64,000 nucleotides of DNA from Hemiscyllium ocellatum. Taxonomy: Eukaryota. Of the stretch, positions 35,721-49,735 are shown piece by piece. The stretch lies in contig NC_083421.1 in NCBI RefSeq assembly GCF_020745735.1, positions 55,543,001 to 55,607,000 on the forward strand, written 5' to 3'. The number at the start of each line of letters is the position of its first letter. Position 1 is the stretch's first letter. The translations under genes were made by a program, and so were the position numbers. The notes below the pieces were generated by a model. It did not search any database, was not told where the DNA came from, and saw only the letters and a program-made list of their open reading frames with translations.

Positions 35721-38244
35721 TCCAGATCCAACCCTCCAACTCGGCACCGCCCTCTTGAACTGTCCTACCTGTCCAACGTTTTTCCCACCTATCCACTCTG
35801 ACCTAGCACCATCACCCCGCACCTGCATCTACCTATCGTATTCCCAGCTACCTTCTCCACAGCCCCACCCTCTCGCCTATTATCTCTCAGCCCCCTTGGG
35901 TCTCCCCTACATTCCTGAAGGGCTTATGCTAAAAACATCAACTCTCTTGCTCCTTGGATGCTGCCTGACCAGATGTGCTTTTCCAGCACCACACTTTTTG
36001 ACTCCAATCTCCAGCATTTGCAGTCCTCACTTTCTCCTCCCTGTAATATTAGGTAGCATCTTCAAAAGGTCAACACTTTAGAATACTTTTGCTACAGCAA
36101 GACACTACAGGATTTGCCATAGACACAAGTAAGAGAATGGGTGGAATTTTAGAAAATAACTGAAAAGAAATATGTATATGAAATTCTTTTGGGATAGATG
36201 GGTAAATCAATGTGCAAGTGTTAGAACGGATTAAGAGTGTAGAAGGACAGATTGGCTGAAAGCTTTGTTCCTAGTGGTGTAGTGCAAAGAGAGCTGACAC
36301 AGTGGATCAGTTAATGAGGACTGGTGGAAGATTTGTAGACAAAAATAAGAATTTTAAAGTTGGTGTATTAAGAGAAGGAGAGCTAGCAACATTCAGTATA
36401 GATAGGAATATTTGACCATGGACTGTGCACTTCATCAAGAAATCATATTATTCCATTACTTGTGTCAATAGAGACTAATGTGCTTTCTTCATCTTACATT
36501 CTCTACAACAGGTTCAGTACAAGGCTACACTATTCCTCAACAGAAAGAGTCAGTAAGCAAATCAATATAAATGTCGCAAGATTCCAGGTACCATTATTGT
36601 CATGTGCTATATAGTGCACTAAACATTACTCTGACCTTACTAATGCCATCGTGAAATGAAATAAAACAGAACTCCTTATAGCCCCAGAAGCAATTTCAAA
36701 TGGAATGGTCACAGATGGTAAGTTCCAAAGTTTTGAGAAGATGTTGACCAGTAAAATGTTTCTAATAAGTAAGGATTACTCTTGGGAGGCAGCAGGGAAT
36801 TAACTGTACTCAGAACATGCAGCATGCCTGCAAATCTTTGAACATTTATGCATAGGAGCTCAAATACTGCCAATTGCTCGCCAAGGCTAAAGTAAGGGGC
36901 ATGCTCAAAGAAAGATCTGGATTTCTCAGTGACAAGTAACAATATGTTTGCCTTCATTCATGTGTAGTTATGACTGATTCCATAAATCAAGCCAACCCTA
37001 AATCATTAGAGATTAAGTAATTAACACCAATTGTAATTCAAGTGCAGGGTTTCACAAAACTAAGTTAAAGTATCAATGGATTACTTAAAAATTGTTTATT
37101 CTCACTTTCAGAAGTGAGAAAATACAATTGTATTGAAAAAGACATAACAGACAGAAAAGAGTGGGGATGGGTGGGGTCAGTACAGAAGGCAAAATGGTGA
37201 GAAGGCTTTTCAGATGGAATTAGCATTTTAAAAAAACAGACTACTAAGGTCTATTGAACATTTCCAGTTTCTAAATTTTTTTTTACACGCTGAAGAATTT
37301 AGAATTCTAAGGAACCACTAAGAAGAAATATTCGACCATCCATACAATAAATACTGCACACATCAATTTCGGGTAGATCTATGGCAAACTTATCAGATTT
37401 TTCAATACATTCTATAAAGTACAAGGTTGCAAACATTGTACTGACTGTCAAAGGAGAAACCATATACAAACATGGATGGATACTGATCCCTGAATGCCAA
37501 CCAGATTTGGCTGAGCACAGGGTATTTGAACATCTGTCTGACAAATTACTGAAAGGAGAGCTTTTTGCCATTGTTTTTGGGAACACTGATTGATATTTGC
37601 CTGAGAGTACAGAATATACGAGCTGGTAGGCACTAAGTTGTTTGATTTCATATAATGTGCGTAACTTGTTTGGGTAGTTTTGTCGCATTCTGCTCTCCCT
37701 AGAAATATTTCATTTTACCTAAGTACACTTTAGTCATGCGCCAGCCTTGACTGTGATACTTTAGGTGGGTAGCACATTAAAGTTGTGAACATGCCAGGCT
37801 GCACGCACAAGCACATTTCCCAGAAGACAGGAATGTCTGGCTGATTTTCCAGTCACTTAAGCAAGTGTCTTTGCTGTCACCCAGGCTAAAGTTAGCCAAG
37901 TCAAATTGTTGAACTGAACCTTTGGCTTTCTGGACTTTTAATGCTCAATTACATAAGCGTTTTACTAACTGAATCCTTGGGACATATGTACATTAAAGCA
38001 GCTTTTTCTGAATTCTCACCAAACCCGAAAACAGCCGCATTTATAATTTCACAACTTTTCAGATAATTTTGTGAACATAACCATCCAACCAACGCAAAAC
38101 TTAAGTCCCCAGATTAAGAATGCACACGCACAGTTACAAGAATTTGCCTCGTAACAATAAGATACATTCTAAAATATTGCCTCAACAGTTGCAATAATTT
38201 AAAGTTTCACAAATGCATGGTTTTGTCTTTAAAAAATATTTTCA

Positions 38245-39030
38245 TCATACTTGGGTGTGGTTGTCAAAGCCAGTAATTATTGGCGAGCCATCCCCAGTTG
38301 GCCATGAAAAGTAATTGGAAGCTTAGTTCTTGAACCAATGCTGCAGTCTACAGTGGAAGTGCTGCCACAATGTAGTTCAAGAAAGTTCCAGAACTTTGAC
38401 CCAGCAACAGCAACATATTTTGAAGTCAGAAGGCATGCAACGTGGACAGGAATGTGCAAATAATGGAGTTTCCATTAAACACTCTTCTAAATAGCAGAAA
38501 CCAATAGTAGTGGGAATGTTGAAGAGACTTTGATGAATTGCTGCAGTTTATCTTGTAGATGATACTACACTCACCACACACTAATGGTTAAGCCAGTAAG
38601 TGTTTGAAGTTGTGGATGGGGATGCAATCAATAGGTTCTTTCAACCTAACTGAACTTCAAGTACTATTGAAACTACACTCATTTGGGCAAATGAACATCC
38701 CATCACTTTTATGTCTTGTATATGGTGCATAGGCTTTGGGGAATCAGTTAACTTGTTATTCATAGAATCCAAACCCTCCAATCTACTCTTGCGCCGGTGT
38801 TTGTACAGGTGGTCCACTTAAGTTTCTGGTGAATGGTGAACCCTAGATTGTTGATAAAAGGGAAGATGCTGCAATGGCAATACTATTCATTGCCAAGGAC
38901 GTGGTTACACCCTCTTGTTGGAGATGGTTACTGCCTGGTACCTGTGTGCCATGAACTTTACTTGCCACTTATCAAATCCAGCCTGAATGCTAATTAGGTC
39001 TCATTGCAAGTGGACATGGACTTTCAGTAT
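38245..39030 (-). mobile_element. CR1-group (L2/Crack-like) LINE 3' fragment
   Basis: Reverse complement of the tail family seen at 43100-43890. Confidence 0.6.
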
Positions 39031-42000
39031 TGGAGGGTAATCAGAGGTAAATGTTCCAACAGACAGATTTGAAACTGTTGAGCTCTAATTAGTCAAGTGT
39101 TAAAAAGGATCCCTCAAATTACTGCCCAGGTAACATTAGTGGTGCTTTAAAACAAATTCACTTTATGACTAGCCTATGAAAATTAATACCAAGCAAAAAC
39201 AGATAGTGGTCAGTCACTCTGCTGCAATTGTGGAATCCTAATTTGTGTAACAGCTGTCAAATTTGCCTATATAATTGTCATGACATTTCAATATAGCTAG
39301 CTTTGAGAACAGCTTTGAAACATTTCAGTTGTGACAAAGCACTTTATAAGTACTAGTTTTCCCCATGAACAATGTTCTTCAATGTACTAATATTTGTACA
39401 ATATTTTGAATTCACTCAATAACAGAGCTGCAACCTTGCTATTACATGCAGCAGCTTAAATTACATTCTTTAGGGAACAATTCAAGTTTTGAAAAATAAA
39501 ATCTATAACTGTTTAGCTGGATGCTTTGTACTATTTCCCAAATGCCTGCATTAAAATGTCCACCTTGGCTCACTTGGCAGCAATCTTGTCTGTGTCAAGA
39601 GGCTGACTCAAGCTTCACTGTCAAATTTAACAGAACCTAGAATGACACTTCAAGCCAATACTATTGAAGAACCAAGCAACTTCTTGGATACATTTAAACA
39701 AAGTACAATTAAAGACAGCCAAGAGTTGTTCAGCTATCATAGCTTCAAATCATCACTGAAAACATCAACCATCAGTTCACACATTTATTTGCTCTTGATG
39801 GGCACTTACTGTGTACAAATTGGTTAACATGACTGCCTACAGCAGTTGACAACACTTCTAAAACTACTCACATTGTAAAACAGTTAAGGGCACCAAAAAT
39901 AAATTATTATTAGAGGTACAGCTTTTTCTCTTCATGCATCCAATATTACATGCCACTGAAACCCTAGCAATTGGGGTAAACCTAAGAATAGACCTCAGTT
40001 TTGTAATTAACTGGTAGAGGAGGTAAGGAAGAGGTTGCCAAGTGGATGGGGAAGCTATTCCTTTAAGCATTCTAGAAGCTCAGTGCAAAGTCAAATCAAT
40101 ACCATATGTATGTACTACTTACATTCTCATTCTTCCCAGAGAAAGCATTACACAGCATAGTTGAAAGTGAACTCTGCCAGCTATTGAAGAAACACCACTG
40201 GTCTCTCACAGTAGTTTGATCATCAGCTGATGCAATCCCAGGAACAGCTTGCTATAGTTTTTAGTAAAATGCTCAGGAGCATTTTAAAGCTGAATCTTAA
40301 TGACTTTGGGCAGCTAGGAACACAAAGATCAGACATCAGCAAACTGGAAAGTGGCAGCTTCACACTGTCAATGCTTACAAAAATTCTCTAACTGGTATTA
40401 GGTTATGGGAATATTTGAATATAAGAACATAAGAAACAGCAGTAGATGACTGTCCACATTCCACCCTTCCTGGCATTTAAAAATGTGTTAATTCTGTCAA
40501 GCCTTTTCAGCATAGTGCATACTTCAACAAAGTCACTTCACTTGAAGGATTTATCCTCTTTAGCACAACCTCCCCAACTGCTCCACCCCTCAATTTTTTT
40601 CTACTCTCTTCAGAAGATACAGGCTAATACTGAATATTATTTCACTCAGTCAGTGAGATCCAAATGGGACATCATTCAAGTGCCCACTTTCCATCAATGA
40701 ACCCAGCAAGTCTCTCAGGTGATTTGCATATCAACCCAATCATATTACATTCAGCTGAGGGCTGGTACAGCACAGAGGTAGCATTTTCAGGCACAGCTAC
40801 TCCAGTATTGTTTCACACGAAGTCTCAACAAGTTGATAAAAAATCTTTCACCTTCAGCCACCATACACAAATTTTTCAACCAAGCTCATTGAATCAGCTT
40901 GACTCGAGGTCTCAGAACATGGCACAGAAGCCAACAGTTGTCCCTATCTAATGCAACAATTTTAGCATGCTCACACCAGAGATGGTTCCATAAAACATAT
41001 TGAAAGACAATATTTTCAAAGATATTTCTAGTAAAATTTCTACACATTCATAATGGTGTAGATTTAGTGTCCCAATCCTGTTATTAGAATCACTAAATAG
41101 TTACAGACGAGAGGCTGACATTTGGTCCACTATTTCTATGTTGACTCTCTGTAAGAGTAACTCAGCCAATGCCACTCCCTTTCTCTGTAGGTCTATCAAC
41201 ACTCTCTTCAGATAATGATTTCATTCAATTTTGAAACCCACAATTTAAGTATTCCATTTACTGAGAATTCACGTCTTTAAAAAGTTGTGCTATTATTGAC
41301 ACGAATGTCCTTGCATCTGGAAATATGTTTAAGTTCATTGACACAGCAGAAAACGGCAACAAGAGGAACAAGTTGATCGTCAGAAAGCAGAGTGGAGAAA
41401 TTGCATAGTATTTAAATAAGAAAAATTATACACAATTGTTTCACCAAACATTCGCCTCAGTGCTATTGACTAAGGCTGTAGATGTGCAGGCACTGTACTT
41501 TGGTATGTACATTCTTGACTGTGAGGCTTTTTGTGATTGATGAACCTATGAATCCTTATTGTCTTAGTTCATGATTGTGTTCACCCGAAATCTCAACAGC
41601 TACCAGACGTAATGTGCTTTGTTTAAAAAAAGCCCCCCTGCTAGTACTGTTAGTTGGAACGCTGTGTTATTACCAATATTTAAACTGCATGTAAACTGAG
41701 ACATACTGCACTAGATAAAGACAGCTAAGCAATGTTATGGCACATGGATAGCAAGCTAAGCTAGATCAGCCTCACAATCACCAGATTTGCAACACAGTGA
41801 AATTAAAAAATTCAATGACTCTCAAAATTGCTCAATTGTTCCTAAATGGACTTTACAAAGAACAGAACTTGGACACCAAGTTTATGACTTAAACAAAAAT
41901 TAATTTATTATTAGTGTAACTTCAGCAGATTTCAGATGAACAAAGCAATCTAATCAATATCAACAATCTAAGCCCAATGTTCTTTGGGTATAAACCTTAT

Positions 42001-42499
42001 TCTCAAATGGACACCCAGTAAAGGGATAAATTATCTAGTGTTCTTGGAGTCATAGTTAACCTGCATCTTTCCAGGCCAGTTCCCAACAGCAAACACTGGT
42101 CTCTTGTTCTCTCCTTTTCCAAATCAAGCTGCTGTTCAAAGTTCAAAATTTAATTCTCAACTGCAACTCTCACATATCTCAGCTCCAAACCAAAAACGAG
42201 AAACATAGAAGGAAAACATAGTGATCGTCTCAACAGCAATCTACTCTTTAGAATGAATCTAATATACAAGGATGATGAAACTGGCGAAATTAGGGCTGAT
42301 GTACAGTTATTGTAACCAATAGGAAAACAAAAAGGAATAGTCTACTGTACACTAATTTAATTTTCAATTTAAATTTAAAAATACATATTTTCCTGATAAT
42401 TACAATACCCCATCACTTTTTATGCACCAGACACCATCAATCTCTGCAACAACACAACAGAAAATCTATCTTCTACCAGCATTATATTACACTCAGTGT

Positions 42500-43890
42500 G
42501 TTTAGATGTGTCATAAACTTTGTTTTAACTGTAACAGTAGCATCAATCCAGTAATATGGAAAATTGCCCAGGAATGCCCTACCCACAAAAAGGGACAAAT
42601 CCAACCGGAGCACACACAACTCCATTAGTTTACTCTCTATCATCAGCAAAGTGATGGAAGATATTGTTGAAATGCTATCGAGTGGCACATATCAAGTGGC
42701 AGCATGCTAACCAATGTTCAACTGGGTTTAATCAGGGCTACTCAGTCCCAGACCTTATTACTGCCTTGGTCCAAACATGAAAGAAATGAACCAAGTTCAA
42801 AAAGTGAGGTGAGAATGATTCTCCTTGATTTCAAGGCAGCATATGACCGTTTGTGGCACCAATGGGTTTGTGCAAAACTGACGTCAATGGGAATCAGAGG
42901 AAAACTTCTCTACTCATTGGAGTCATACTGAGTACAAAGGAAGATCGTTGTGGGCATTGGAAACCAATGTTCTCAGGCCTAGGACATTAGTGTAGGAGAT
43001 CCTCAGGATGGTATTCTCAGAATCAACCATCTTCAGCTGCTTTATGAATGACCTAACGTTTTTCATCAGGTGAGTAATGAGAGGGGCTTTATTGGTGATT
43101 ACACCACTCAGCACCAAATGTACCTCCTCAGATACTGAAAGAAGTCATGCATGTTCTGAACCAAGACCTAGACAACACTGTGACCTGGACTAAGTGGCAA
43201 GTGCCAGAAATGATCATTTGTAACAAGAGAAAACATAACCAACTCCCTCTTAACAGGCTGACATTAACCTTGCTGAACCACACATCAATATCCCAGGGTT
43301 ACCACTGACTGGAAAATTAACAGGATCAGCCACAGAAATTCTGTGCAGATCATAGTTTTGGAAGTCTAGCAACAAATTACTTTACTCTCCAAAGGCTGGC
43401 TACAGGGCATGAGCTTTGATTGTGATGGAATAACTTGGACTTGCCTGGATGAGTGCAAGCCCAATAACCCAAGAAGCTCCATTCCATACAGAACGAAGTA
43501 GAATGATTGGGACCTCATCCAACATCTTACGATACGAACATTATCCACTTGTGGTACACTACTGTAGCACACTGCATTTACAAAATGCAATGCAGCAATT
43601 TCCCAAGCCTCCTTCTACAGCATCTCAGGGACACAACCTCTACTCGAGGAGGACAAAGACAGAAGATGCCTGGGAAAAACCACCATCCACAGTTTGCCCT
43701 CCAAGTTACATACCATTCTGCCTTGTAATATTGTGACATTCCTTCACTGTTGTTAGGCCAAAACCTTGGAACTCCCATCCAGACTGTAGTGGTTCAAAAA
43801 GGCGTCTCACCAGCACCAAGGGCAAGTAGAAATATGCAAAAATATTAGCCTAATTTGCAACTCCACATCCCATGAATGAATAAAAAGCAT
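42500..43890 (+). mobile_element. CR1-group (L2/Crack-like) LINE RT and 3' end
   Basis: ORF 42704..42931 LLDFKAAYDRLWHQ...KLTSMGIRGKLL; tail catcccatgaatgaataaaa. Confidence 0.75.
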
Positions 43891-45134
43891 GTAAACTTTC
43901 CAGAGCACCATAAATTACAAGACATTTATCCATCTATTCAACTCATTCAGTAGTACACATTAGAGAATGCACATCGAACCAACCCACCAAAGTTGCAGGA
44001 AGTTAATAGGATAGAATGTGTCATATGTCAAAAGACTGCAGAAAATGAACTGCTTAACTGGAAGTTATCACTATTTGCAAAGGACTCCAATAAATGCTGA
44101 AAGTCTTTAACAAACGATCAACAGATTATTTTAGAAGCATCAAAACATTGAAGTCTTACAGATGAAGTTGGAACCCAGAGACACATTTAAGAGTTTTCTT
44201 CTGTCAAGGCCAGGTCTAATCAACTTACTGACGTTAATTAAAATCATGAATAAACACTATTCATCTAATGTGGACATAACTACAGGTCTATCTTGTTGCA
44301 GTATGATGCTTATGAGTTTATAACCAAATTTAATTTTTGTGTCACTTGCTCCTAGATTCATGGAAACCTATCTTAAAAATAGTACAAGGAGGAGAATCCT
44401 GATTGTCGTATTCTAGTTTACAGGATATATCACATGTAACATGACCTCTTCAACTTCAGAGAGCTGGAATAAACAGACTGGGGCTGCAGGCTATAAATTA
44501 CTAGTCAGATTTATTGAATAGCAAATCATGCAAATGAGACTGCAGATTTACAAGTTATTCTCCTCCCCAGAATATGGAACACAAATGCATTTTTGCTGCT
44601 CTAACACAACATAAAAGGAGATCTTTGAAACTCAAGCCCCTCATGCAACAGTTTACACATCTGCCAGGCACGAAGCAAGGTATCAAGATAAGTTATCAAA
44701 AACAATTTAAGCTTTGAAACAAAGGGAATTAATTATTTCATGAAATCCATCTGAGGCTGTACTTCCCTTGGATAAGCACCTCCAATTTCCTAAGTCCCAC
44801 TGATGCCGATATCCTTTGGATGTTTTTACCATAATATAGATGCTACGTAAGTGCATTTTCTCTGGGTTGTAGCTCCCGAATCAGTTTTTTTTCTGGGCCA
44901 GATTTAGGAGCCAAACATTTAAAGAAGTACATACCTCATTTTAGCTCGTATCAATCACACACCAAATGGATGAATGATTTGCCAGTTGGACACCAAAAAC
45001 AGGATTTAGGGTATCCAAACTAGAGAAAGTCAAACAAAAAGTACATGAATAAAGAGGGATACACAGCCACTACAGGGAAAATGTGGAATATCTGTAGGTG
45101 CTGGTTCAGATATTCAAGAGGTACAAATAGTTGT

Positions 45135-45315
45135 CATATTCCCAAAAGACCATAGGGCTGCTCTCTTAATAGAGAGATATGACTGGTGGTGGTTTAACCT
45201 GAGGTTCACCATGAGAAGGCAGGACCTTCTGGCTAAGATCAGTCAGAACAGGAACTGAACCTGCACTGTTGGCATCACTCTACATTGCAAACCAGCCGAG
45301 AGGCTAACTGACCTT
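45135..45315 (-). mobile_element. tRNA-derived SINE fragment
   Basis: Minus strand ggtcagttagc...ggctggtttgcaatgtagagtgatgccaacagtgcaggttcagttcctg. Confidence 0.5.
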
Positions 45316-45704
45316 CCTCTTGGGGAGACAACCTGTATTATAATCTGCATCATGGCCTTCTAAGTAACTTTTTAAAAATAAATTTGACCTTCCAGTTATT
45401 AGCTGAGATGTTGTCATGACAAACTTTCATGCCAAAGTCCTGGAACTCCTTCCAAACAGCATAGTAAGTGTACCTCCCTGATCCTTAAGAATCCAATTTC
45501 ATCTTGGAAAATAAGGGGCACTTAAAAGTATAACTACTTATAACCTGAAGTTCTCATCACTTTTCTGGGACTTTGGAGACTCCCAGTCTATCTACTGATA
45601 CATACATGATTCTGCCATTGTATCACAATATGAACACCTTATACCATCTTCCCAGTAAAATAATAAACCACTCAGGCTTACTGTCAGGTTCAGATCAGGA
45701 CATA

Positions 45705-48700
45705 GAGAGAGTAATAGAAATGTACAGCACAGAATCAGACTCTTCAGTCCAACTCGTCCAGGCCAACCAGATATCCTAAGCTACTTGCATCTGCCAGCAG
45801 TTGGCCCATATCCCTTTAAACCCTTTCTATTCATACACCCAGTAAGATGCCTTTCAAATGCTGCAATTGTACCAGCTTCCACTGGCAGCTCATTCCATAA
45901 ATGCACCAACCTCTGCATGAAATAGTTGCCCTTTGGTCCCTTTTATATTTGTCCCCTCTCGCTCTAAACCTATGCCCTCTAGTTCTAGACTCTTCCACCC
46001 CCCCCTCCCCCCCAGCTCAAAATCCTCCAACATTGGCAGCATCCTTGTAAATCTTTTCTGAACCCTTTCAAGTTTGATAACATCCTTTTCTGATCTGAAG
46101 GAGGCCTGAATTGCAGAATTGCAATATTCCAAAAGTAGCCGAACTAATGTTCTGTACAGCCACAACCTGACATCCCAACTCCTGTACTTAATACTCTGAC
46201 CAATAAAGGAAAGCATACCAAACACCTTCTTCACTATTCCATCAACCTGCGACTCTACTTTCAAGAAGTTATGAACTTGCACTCCAGGATCTCTCTGTTC
46301 AGCAACACTCCCCAGGATCTTATCATTAAGTGTGCAAGTTCTACTCTGATTTGCTTTTCTAAAATGCAGCACCTCACATTTATCTAAATTAAACTCCATC
46401 TGCCACTCCTCAGCCCATTGGCCCATCTGATCAACATCCCGTTGTAATCTGAGGTAACCTTCTTCACTGTCCACTCCACCTCCAATTTTGGTGTCATTGC
46501 AAGCTTACTAACTATACCTCCTATGTTCACATCCAAAATCATTTATATAAGTGACGAAAAGCAGTGGACCCAGCACCGATCCTTGTGGCACACCACTGGT
46601 TACAAGCCTCCAGTCTGAAAAACAACCCTCCACCACCACCCTTTGTCTTCTACCTTTGAGCCAGTTCTGTCTCCAAATGGCTAGCTCTCCCTGTATTCCA
46701 TGAGATCTAACCAGTCATCCAAGAGAAACCTTGTTGAATGCATTACTAAAGTCCATATAGATCACGTCCAACATTCTGCCCTCAATCTTCTTTGTTATTT
46801 CCTCAAAAAGTTCAATCAAGTTCACGCAACATTATTTCCCACGCACAAAGCCCTGTTGACTATCCCTAATCTGTCCTTGCCTTTCCAAATACATGTAAAT
46901 TCTATCCCTCTGGATTCCCTCCAACAACTTGCCCACCACCAATGTCAGGCTCACTGGTCTCTAATTCCATGGCTTTTCCTTACCACCTTTCTTAAATAGC
47001 GGCACCACGTTAACCAACCCCCAGTCTTCCGGCACCTCACCTGCGACTATCGATGAAACAAATATCTCAGCAAGGAGCCCAGCAATCACTTCCCTAGTTT
47101 CCCACTGATTAGCGTACATCTGGGGATTTATCCACTTTTATGTATTTCAAGACATCCAGCACCACCTCCTCTGTAATATGGTCAATTTTCAAGATGTCAC
47201 CATCTAGTTCCCCACATTCTATATCTTCCATGTCCTACTCCACAGTAAACAGTATCTCCCCATCTCCTGGGGCTCCACACATAGACTACCTTGCTAATGT
47301 TTGGGGGTGGGGGCTATTCTCTCTCTAGTTACCCTTTTGTCCTTAATATATTTATAAAATCCCTTTGGATTCTCCTTAACCTTACTTGCCATAGCTATCT
47401 TATGTCCCCTTTTTACCCTCCTGATTTCCCTCTTAACTGGAGGCCTGTAACCAGTGGTGTGCCACAAGGATCGGTGCTGCGACCACTGCTTTGTCATTTT
47501 TATAAATGATTTGGACGTGAGCATAGGAGGTAGTTAGTACATTTGCAGATGACACCAAAATTGGAGGTGTAGTGGACACTGAAGGGGGTTACTCCAGAGT
47601 ACAAAGGGACCTTGAGTATACTCCTACTGCCTTTATACTCTAAGGATTCACTCGATCTCTCTTGTTTATACCTTACATATACTTCCTTCTTTTTCTTTAC
47701 CAAAACCTTAATTTCTCTAGTCATCCAGCATTCCCTATATCTACCAGCCTTTCCTTTCACACTAACTGGAATATACTGTCACTGAAATTTCATCATCTCA
47801 TTTCTGAAGGCTTCCCATTTTCCAGATGTCCTTTCCCTGTGAACATCTGGCCCCAATCAGCTTTTGGAAGTTCTTGCCTAATACCATCAAAATTAGCCTT
47901 CCTCTAATTTAGAACTTCAACTTTTAAATCTGGTCTATCCTTACCATCACTATTTTAAATCTAATAGAATTATGATTGCTGGCCCCAAAGTACCTGTCCT
48001 GCCTTATTTCCCAAGAGTAGGTGAAGTTTTGTAACTTCTTTGACATCCACATACTGAATCAGAAAAGGTTTTGTATCCACAAATTCCTCTCCAACTAAAC
48101 CCTTAACATTATGGCAGTCCCAGTCTATGCTTGGAAAGTTAAAATCCCCTACCATAGCCACCTTATTGTTCTTTCAGATATCTGAAATCTCCTTACAAAT
48201 GTTTTCATTGGAGAAAAGAAGGTTTGGGGTGACTTGATAGAGGTGTGCAAGATGATTAGGGGTTTAGATGGGTTGACTATGAGAACCTTTTTCCACATAT
48301 GGAGTCAGATATTACAAGGGGGCATAGCTTTAAATTAAGGGGTGGTAGGTATAGGACTGATGTAAGGGGTAGATTCTTTACTCAGCGAATCGTGAGTTCA
48401 TGGAATGCCCTGCCAGTAACAGTGGTGGACTCTCCCTGTTTATGGGCATTTAAACGGGCATTGGATGGACATATGGAGGAAAGTGGGCTAGTGTAGGTTA
48501 GGTGGGCTTGGATCAGCGCAACATCGAGGGCCGAAGGGCCTGAACTGCGCTGTATTTTTCTATGTTCTAAATTTGTTTCTCAATTTCCCTCTGACTATTG
48601 GGGAGGTTTATAATACAATCCCAACAAAGTGATCATCCCTTTCTTATTTCACAGTTCTACCCAAATAACTTCCCTGGATGCATTCCCAGGAATATCCTTG

Positions 48701-49735
48701 CTATGTACTGCTGTAATGCTATCCCTTATCAAAAACACCACTCCCATCCTCTCTTGCTGCCCTTTCTGTCCTTCCTGTAGCATTTGTATCCTGGAATATT
48801 AAGCTGCCAACCCTGAGCCATGTTCCTGTCATTGCTATGTTATCCCAGTCCCATGCTCCTAACCATGCCCAGAGTTCATCTGCCTTCACTGTTAGGCCTC
48901 TTGTAAAGAAGTAAAAGTTTAATTTTTCAGCCCTACCTTATTCCTGACTGTATGATTCACTCCTTTTCCCAACTGTAGCAGACTCAGAATTAACTCGTTT
49001 CTCACTATCTCCCTGGGACCATTACCCCACTCCAACCCCAACCTTACTAGTTTAAATCCTCCCAAGCAATTCAAGTAAATCTCCCTGCCAATATATTAGT
49101 CCCTTCCAATTCAGGCGCAATCCTTCTTGTACAGGTCACTTCTACCCAAGAAAAGATTCCAATGATGAAAAAATGTGAACTCTTTTCCCCTGCATCAGCT
49201 CCTCAGCCATGCATTCATCTGCTCTATCTTCCATTCCTACCCTCACTAGCTCGTAGCAAAAGGAGTAATCCAGATATTACTACCCTCGAAGACCTTCTGT
49301 TTTAAATTCCTGTGTAACCTTCTATATTGTCCCTTCAGACTCTCATCCTTTTCCTTTCCTATGTTGTTAGTTCCAATGTGAACAATGACCTTCTGCTGCC
49401 ACCCCTCCTCCCTTTGAGAACATTCTGCACCTTCTTGGAGATATCCTTAGTCCTGGCACCAAGGAGGCAACACGTCATTCTGATTTTTCACTGCTGGTAG
49501 AGTGTCCCCTATCACAATCAATCGCTTGGAACCCGACTTACCCCTCATTACATTACAGCCAGTCTCGATACCAGAAACTTGGCTGTTCATGTTACATTCC
49601 CGAGAGTCCGTCACTCCCTACATTTTCTAAAATAGCATACTTGTTTGAAATGGGGACAGCCAAAAAAAGACTCCTGCACTGCCTGCCTCCCCCTCCTACC
49701 TTTCCTGGAGTTAAACCATCTACCTGACTGTTTGA
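45705..49735 (-). mobile_element. Near-full-length decayed CR1 LINE (ORF1 esterase-like region, APE, RT, 3' UTR) with nested inserts
   Basis: ORF 45890..46474 (WQMEFNLDKCEVLHF...LERVQKRFTRM), ORF 47970..48161 (VGDFNFPSIDWD), ORF1 motifs VIGD, CLLGAR and HIGTNNI near 49360-49520. Confidence 0.9.
48200..48568 (+). mobile_element. CR1 3' end of another subfamily nested in the APE region of the long CR1
   Basis: ORF 48299..48496 TRGHSFKLRGGRYRTDVRGRFFTQRIVSSWNALP; tail tctatgttcta; host sequence resumes afterwards. Confidence 0.85.

Larger units (their letters stand above)
33807..36039. mobile_element. Head-to-head pair of Penelope-like fragments (family B) with nested insertions
   Basis: Left arm (-, to about 34787) and right arm (+) carry GIY-YIG-type remnants (YIGETG..., VAEHFNSPSHS). 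Flanking direct repeat CTGTAATCTTAGATAG (33786-33801) / CTGTAATATTAGGTAG (36041-36056). Confidence 0.75.

Noticed and set aside
37299-37688. 129-aa ORF and overlapping short ORFs
   Set aside because: No recognisable domain or convincing splice signals; treated as chance ORFs, though an unrecognised old repeat cannot be excluded.
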